NCBI GenBank assembly: GCA_016793045.1
Contig: JAEUKZ010000171.1
Coordinates: 1-12,020 of the forward strand
Length of the DNA stretch: 12,020 nt
Reading direction: 5' to 3'
From: Alphaproteobacteria bacterium
GTDB taxonomy: Bacteria > Pseudomonadota > Alphaproteobacteria > CACIAM-22H2
Shown: positions 7,770 through 12,020 of the stretch, piece after piece
Position numbering within the stretch: position 1 is the first letter of the stretch
Layout: the number at the start of each line of letters is the position of its first letter
Notes under the pieces: model-generated
Database searches by the model: none
What the model was told of the DNA's origin: nothing
Seen by the model: only the letters and a program-made list of their open reading frames with translations
Translations under genes and position numbers: made by a program

Positions 7770-7797
7770 GCCGCTCTCCCAGGTGGGAATTTCCGCC

Positions 7798-7825
7798 ACT
7801 CTAGCACGTGGGTTTGCGGCGACAA
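7798..7825 (-). promoter_or_regulatory. Candidate sigma70-type promoter for the SPFH plus zinc-ribbon operon.
   Basis: On the minus strand, a -35-like TTGTCG (complement of 7820-7825) and a -10-like TAGAGT (complement of 7798-7803) are separated by a 16-nt spacer, ~30 nt upstream of the ATG. Confidence 0.25.
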
Positions 7826-7943
7826 TGGCCCGTCCCGGCGTCGTCGGCGCCGGGCGACGGGTGGGCGCCGCGCGACCATGGTTTCCGCCCGTGCCAGCGG
7901 CTAAGATGATGCGGCGTCACGAGAAGGAGCCGCCAGGCCGATC

Positions 7944-8795
7944 ATGCGCAACAATGCCGTCCTCGCCATCGCCGCCGCCGCGCTCAGCCTGATCGGCGCG
8001 CGCGCGGATGCTCAGTCGCCGCCGCCCGTCGAGCCGTTCCTCGGGACCTGGCAGATCACCGCGGTAGCGGCGACGCCGCAGTTCGCCGGGCTGACCGCCG
8101 CCCAGGCCGCAGGACTCGTCCGGCGCAACATCGAAGTCACGCGCAGCCGCGCCCAGATCTGGGCACCGGCGACCCCGCAGCCGCGGCCCGAGGTCTGCGC
8201 GGCGCCCGAGTTCCTGCCGCGCGAGACGACGCGTGCCGCGCTGCTTGCCGAGCACGGCCTGCGCGGCGCCGAACTGACGGTGCTGCCGGCGCGCTTCGCC
8301 GAGCTGACCGTGACCTGCCAGGGCAATTTCTTCGTCGCGCTGCGCCTGGTCAGCCCAGACGTGATGATCGGAGAATTCGACAGCGTGTTCTTCCGCCTGC
8401 AGCGCGCGGCGGCCCCGCCCGCGACCGCGGCCACCCAGGGCGGTGCATCGTCGGGCGGCGCGACCCAGGGGCCGCAGACCGTGTCGCCCAGTTTCGATTG
8501 TGCCCAGGCGCGCCGCCCCGACGAGCAGATCATCTGCGCCGACGCCGGTCTGGCGCGCAGCGACCGGGCCATGGCCGAGGCGTTCCGCAAGGCGGTGGCG
8601 GCCGCCGCCGAGAACGAGCGCGAGGCGCTGCGCCGCGAGCAGCGCGACTGGGTCGCCAACCGCGCCAAGCAGTGCGGCATCGCCGCCGACACGCGGGTGA
8701 CGGATGCCAACCGGCCGCAATTCGTGCGCTGCCTGACCGGCCTCTACACGACGCGGATCGCCGCGCTGGAGGCCCGGCTTCAGCGCCGCGGCTAG
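7944..8795 (+). CDS. Secreted protein with a C-terminal DUF1311/LprI-like (lysozyme-inhibitor-like) domain and an unrecognised N-terminal domain.
   Basis: The signal peptide is MRNNAVLAIAAAALSLIGARADA-Q. The C-terminal stretch CAQARRPDEQIIC..LARSDRAMAEAFRKAV...REQRDWVANRAKQC fits the DUF1311 cysteine/Q..W..R..C pattern. AAGGAG lies upstream of the ATG at 7944, although the 14-nt spacing is long. Confidence 0.65.
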   Translation: MRNNAVLAIAAAALSLIGARADAQSPPPVEPFLGTWQITAVAATPQFAGLTAAQAAGLVRRNIEVTRSRAQIWAPATPQPRPEVCAAPEFLPRETTRAALLAEHGLRGAELTVLPARFAELTVTCQGNFFVALRLVSPDVMIGEFDSVFFRLQRAAAPPATAATQGGASSGGATQGPQTVSPSFDCAQARRPDEQIICADAGLARSDRAMAEAFRKAVAAAAENEREALRREQRDWVANRAKQCGIAADTRVTDANRPQFVRCLTGLYTTRIAALEARLQRRG

Positions 8796-8809
8796 AACGG
8801 GCGCATCGC

Positions 8810-9685
8810 ATGGCGTTCAAATCGCCGTTGTGGCCGTCGCAACTCGATCACATCCGTATCGATTCCGATGATCCGGCGAGGCTCGCCGCCTACTATCGTG
8901 ACGTGCTCGGCATGGTTTCGTGGGCGCTCGCCGACGGCAGCTTCGTGATGCTCGGCCAGTAGCGCCGCGTCGTGATCGGCGCAGGTGCCGCCGGCGCGCA
9001 GCCCTACAGCGCCTTTCGCGTCCAGAACGAGCGCCAGCTCGCCGACCTGCGCGCGCATCTCCAGGCCAAGGGCGTAGACACCCTGCCCTCGCCGTCGCCG
9101 ATCTTCGGCGGCGATGCCTTCGCGGTGCGCGATCCGGACGGGCGGCTCGTCGCCTTCGGCCTGCCGCGCGCAGACCTGCCGTCATGGGACCGCAGCGGAT
9201 TCAAGCCGGTCGCGGCGGCCCTGCCCGGCCGGCTCCAGCATTTCACCGTCGCCACCCCGGCACTGCAGCCGATGATGGATTTCTATCTCGACGCGATCGG
9301 TTTCGTCGCCTCGGACTACGTGCGCGAGACCGGCGGCAACCGCGAAAACACGGTCTGCTTCATGCGCTCGGACCCCGAGCATCATTCCTTCGCGGCGTTT
9401 CGCGCCGCCGCCGCCAAGCCCGACCATCACGCCTACGAGGCGACGAGCTGGAACGATCTCAAGGACTGGGCGGACCATCTCGCGCGCCAGAACGTGCAGA
9501 TCTGGTGGGGGCCGGGCCGCCACGGGCCGGGCAACAACGTGTTCCTGATGTGCCAGGACCCGCACGGCTATCTCTACGAAATCTCGGCCGAGCTCGAGAT
9601 CATGCCCTACGAGATGGCGCCGCGCGAATGGGACCACGGCGAGCGCGCGCTCAACCTGTGGGGCAAGGGCTTCCTGCGGAGCTGA
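8810..9685 (+). pseudogene. Type I extradiol ring-cleavage dioxygenase (VOC superfamily, catechol-2,3-dioxygenase-like) interrupted by an in-frame TAG at 8960-8962.
   Basis: ATG 8810 opens a frame that, once past the TAG at 8960-8962, continues without shift into track ORF 8972..9685; 8810, 8972 and the long track ORF 8498..8962 all share one frame. The combined ~290-aa translation has two VOC beta-alpha-beta-beta-beta modules. Metal-ligand candidates are correctly spaced in module 2 (H in LQHFTV, H in KPDHHAYEA, E in YLYEISAE). GC3 bias is intact on both sides of the stop. Confidence 0.6.
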
Positions 9686-9702
9686 GCCGAGTCAGAACGC
9701 TT

Positions 9703-10743
9703 TCAGAGATCGCCGGTTCGGAACGAAATGCGGATGCGCCGCGGATAGGGCCCCGGCGTCGGAGGCAGCTGGAATGGCTGCGCCTCGCGCAGCGCGACGA
9801 GAAACGTGTCGACGGCGCGGCGGACGTCTTCGAAGCCGCGCTGCGTCAACCGGCGATAGCCGCCCATCATGTCGTAGGGATTCCACGGGTCGTTGGGGCC
9901 ATAGGGCGGCGCCAGCGTGCCGTCGGCGCGCAAAAGCAGATTGCCGGGGGCGAAGGTCACTTCGCGATAGCGGTCGTCGCGATAGTTGATCCGCCAACGC
10001 CGCAGGATCTGCGCGAGGATGAAATCGCTGTCGCTGCGCGACGGCTCTCCAGCGGGCGGAGTCGGCGTGCCACCGCGTGCCGCTGCAGCTTGTCGGGCAC
10101 CGAGTCGGCCGGGACCGAACAGGTCGAGTTCGCGCAACTCGCCACGGGGGCCGCCGTCGGCGCGCGGCTCCGGCCGCGGTCGGGCGTCGGGGCGTCGCGG
10201 CACCGCGCGCGGCGCCTGGGCGACCGCCATCTCCGGCGACGACCGTTCCGCCTGCGGCTGTGGCGCGGGCGGTTCCGGCTCCGGAATTGCCGCGACGTCG
10301 CTGCGGGCAGCCGATCGTTCGGCCGCCACGGACGGCTGCGGCGAGGTCGCCTCCGGCGCGTCGCCGTCGGCCCCGGCTGCGGCTTGCGGCCGTGCGGCCA
10401 GGGGCAGCACCGTTTGCGGGGCCAGCGGCGCGCTCTGGTCGAGATTTGGCGGCGGCGGAACGGGCAACGATGCCGCCTCCGATTCCGGCTCGAGGCCTTC
10501 AGGCGCCGCCGCGACGGGAACCACCACGACTTCGACCGCCCGCTCCTCGGCCGTCGGGGGTGCAGCGAGCGGGGCGACGAAATAGGCGATTGCCACGAGG
10601 ATCAACGCGGCCAGCGCGTGAATCAGGATCGACAGCAGCGCCGCCCCGAAGGGCAGTCGCTCCCGTTGCGGGCGGGGAAACGGCAGCGAGGCGGCGAGCG
10701 CGATCATTTCCGGGAATCTGGGGAATCGCAGCGCTTGAGGCAA
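9703..10743 (-). CDS. TonB/TolA-architecture energy-transducer-like protein, paralog 1. It has an N-terminal TM anchor with an S-x3-H motif, a Pro-rich spacer, and a divergent C-terminal domain.
   Basis: The N-terminus LPQALRFPRFPEM... resembles the E. coli TonB N-terminus LPRRFPWP as I recall it. The TM segment LLSILIHALAALILV has S-x3-H. A P/A/E-rich linker follows. The ~100-aa C-terminal domain is shared with the downstream paralog. Start is ambiguous: TTG at 10743 is what the track uses, and the alternative is ATG at 10707. Confidence 0.5.
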   Translation of the reverse strand: MPQALRFPRFPEMIALAASLPFPRPQRERLPFGAALLSILIHALAALILVAIAYFVAPLAAPPTAEERAVEVVVVPVAAAPEGLEPESEAASLPVPPPPNLDQSAPLAPQTVLPLAARPQAAAGADGDAPEATSPQPSVAAERSAARSDVAAIPEPEPPAPQPQAERSSPEMAVAQAPRAVPRRPDARPRPEPRADGGPRGELRELDLFGPGRLGARQAAAARGGTPTPPAGEPSRSDSDFILAQILRRWRINYRDDRYREVTFAPGNLLLRADGTLAPPYGPNDPWNPYDMMGGYRRLTQRGFEDVRRAVDTFLVALREAQPFQLPPTPGPYPRRIRISFRTGDL

Positions 10744-10771
10744 CCAGGGCGGCCGCCGTGCATTCGGCGGC

Positions 10772-11890
10772 TCAGAGATCGCCCATGCGGAAAGTGAGCG
10801 CGACCGGCCGCGGATAGGGCCCCGGCGTCGGCGGCAGATTGTAGGGCTGCCCCATCTTCAAGGCGTAGGCGAAGCTTTCGGCGAGGCGCCGGACCTGCTC
10901 CTGCCCTGGCTGCAGCAACTCGTCGTAGTTGTCGATCAGCATTCTTGGCTGCCAGGGATCGTTCCGTCCCCATGGATGGGCGAGCGTGCCATCGGCCTGC
11001 AGGACCATGCGGAAACTGAAGCCGATCTCCCGGAAGCTCGGATCGCGCCAGTTGACCGGCCAGACGCGAAGGACCTGGCGCAACAGGAAGACCCCTTCGA
11101 TGGTCATGTTGCGGCCGCCCGTCGGCGCGCGCGCGGGCGCCCGCGCGGCCGGTTGCTGCGGCAGGCGGCTGCGGCCGAAGAGGTCGACCTCATTGAGTTC
11201 GCCCCGCTGGCGCGGCGCGGCCGGGGCCGCGGGCTCGGCCTGACGGGGCGCCGGTCGCTGGGGCGGCTGGTGGGGCCGCGGCGGCGGCACGGCTGCAACC
11301 TGCGGTGCCGGTGGAGGCGGCGCGCGCTCCGGGGCCGGGGCGGTCACGGACGGCAAGACCGGCGACGGTTCAGGCGCCGGCTGGGGCGCAGCGACCGTCG
11401 GCTGCGGCGGCGCTGGAGCGGGCGGCGGCGGTGCCTGCTGCGGCTGCGGCCGCGGCTGCACCTGGGCCTGGGGTTGGGGCTGCGGGTCGGCCGTCGGCAG
11501 CGTTTCGGCGGCGCGAACGGGCTCCGCCGCGGCGACGCGCGGGACCGAGGCCGGATCCCCCGACGGAGCTGGCTCGGGATCGCCGGACGGCCCGACGATC
11601 GTCGTCTCCGGGCCGATCTCGGCACTCTCGTCCAGGTTCAGCGCGTCGAACTGGACAGCGGCCGGCACGAACAAGACCTCAACCGCCTGCTCCGCCGGCG
11701 CCGCCGTCGGCGTCCGCGGCGGCATCAGCCGGCTCGCGAGGACGATCAGCACCGCCGCCAGCACGTGCAGCGCCACGGCCAGCGCCGCGGCGCCGGGCCG
11801 CGGGCCGTCGTCATCCGGGAGAACCGGCGGTTCGGATGCAACCAGCGCCGTCATGAAGCGAAATCTGGGGTCCCCGAGCGATTCGGGCAA
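10772..11890 (-). CDS. TonB/TolA-architecture energy-transducer-like protein, paralog 2 (tandem duplicate of 9703..10743).
   Basis: It has the same architecture as paralog 1. The TM segment is AALAVALHVLAAVLIVL, with His retained. The PQ/PA-rich linker is longer. The C-terminal domain aligns with paralog 1 (...PTPGPYPRPVALTFRMGDL against ...PTPGPYPRRIRISFRTGDL). I chose the TTG start at 11890 by analogy with the conserved N-terminal peptide. Alternatives are ATG 11854, or ATG 11977 which would overlap the upstream gene. Confidence 0.5.
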   Translation of the reverse strand: MPESLGDPRFRFMTALVASEPPVLPDDDGPRPGAAALAVALHVLAAVLIVLASRLMPPRTPTAAPAEQAVEVLFVPAAVQFDALNLDESAEIGPETTIVGPSGDPEPAPSGDPASVPRVAAAEPVRAAETLPTADPQPQPQAQVQPRPQPQQAPPPPAPAPPQPTVAAPQPAPEPSPVLPSVTAPAPERAPPPPAPQVAAVPPPRPHQPPQRPAPRQAEPAAPAAPRQRGELNEVDLFGRSRLPQQPAARAPARAPTGGRNMTIEGVFLLRQVLRVWPVNWRDPSFREIGFSFRMVLQADGTLAHPWGRNDPWQPRMLIDNYDELLQPGQEQVRRLAESFAYALKMGQPYNLPPTPGPYPRPVALTFRMGDL

Positions 11891-11921
11891 CCCTTGGTTT
11901 GCGCGAGCTCCAGTACCCTCA

Positions 11922-12020
11922 ATACGGCACCTTGTCCGGCTTGGCCTGCCAGGCCGCAAACACCTGCGCCGCTTCATCCGCCAGCAGCCGGTCCGCGGGG
12001 GTCGAGCGCGCCGCCATCGG
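11922..12020 (-). CDS. 3' end (33 codons) of a gene continuing beyond the window. Product unknown.
   Basis: The open frame to the window edge has very strong GC3 bias (...AARSTPADRLLADEAAQVFAAWQAKPDKVPY*). Stop TGA is the complement of 11919-11921. It lies directly upstream of the TonB-like pair on the same strand. Confidence 0.45.

Noticed and set aside
7775-7795. A 10-bp match (GGTGGGAATT) to the plus-strand image of the tRNA-Thr T-arm/acceptor region, considered as a possible att-site remnant.
   Set aside because: It is too short and isolated and is not flanked by mobile-element genes. It lies in the SPFH 5' UTR and is probably coincidental.
8960-8962. TAG inside the dioxygenase read as pyrrolysine or programmed read-through.
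   Set aside because: Pyl machinery is not expected in alphaproteobacteria, and there is no downstream read-through context. A nonsense mutation or sequencing error is far more likely.
10725-10745. Sigma-54-like GG-N10-GC spacing within the GGTTGCC block of the TonB-like leader.
   Set aside because: Only paralog 1 satisfies GG-N10-GC. Paralog 2 has TC at the -12 position, and TTGC is in the wrong register. In-frame codon conservation explains the block better.
1-12020. CRISPR arrays, IS elements or transposases, integrases, rRNA, toxin-antitoxin pairs.
   Set aside because: There are no regularly spaced direct repeats, no inverted terminal repeats, and no ORFs with transposase, integrase or toxin-antitoxin-like features in any frame.

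Overview
This is a GC-rich (roughly two-thirds G+C), densely coding window whose codon bias and gene content fit an alphaproteobacterial, possibly sphingomonad-like, chromosome. All calls rest on reading the ORF translations and the DNA by eye; no database search was run.

Gene order:
- 1..23 (+): last 7 codons of an upstream gene.
- 28..990 (+): DmsC-family membrane anchor subunit.
- 1008..1029: strong GC hairpin that terminates the minus-strand tRNA.
- 1034..1108 (-): tRNA-Thr(GGT).
- 1189..1689 (-): proline-rich lipoprotein.
- 1878..3045 (-): thiolase-family protein.
- 3170..5212 (-): soluble GAF-PAS-PAS histidine kinase with no receiver domain and no response regulator nearby.
- 6663..7769 and 5367..6647 (-): a two-gene module. 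The first gene encodes an SPFH/Band-7 protein with a Gly/Met-rich linker and a C-terminal GYF-like domain. The second encodes a membrane-anchored protein with two CxxC...CxxC zinc ribbons.
- 7944..8795 (+): secreted protein with a C-terminal DUF1311/LprI-like domain.
- 8810..9685 (+): two-module extradiol dioxygenase of the VOC (glyoxalase/bleomycin-resistance/dioxygenase) superfamily, interrupted by an in-frame TAG.
- 9703..10743 and 10772..11890 (-): two tandem paralogous TonB/TolA-architecture proteins that share a duplicated 64-nt upstream region.
- 11922..12020 (-): 3' end of a further gene.

No CRISPR array, IS element, integrase or rRNA was seen. The many long antisense ORFs in the track (arginine-rich, overlapping well-supported genes) are treated as GC-content artefacts.

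The most system-like candidates are the split SPFH plus zinc-ribbon pair and the duplicated TonB-like pair with its conserved leader.
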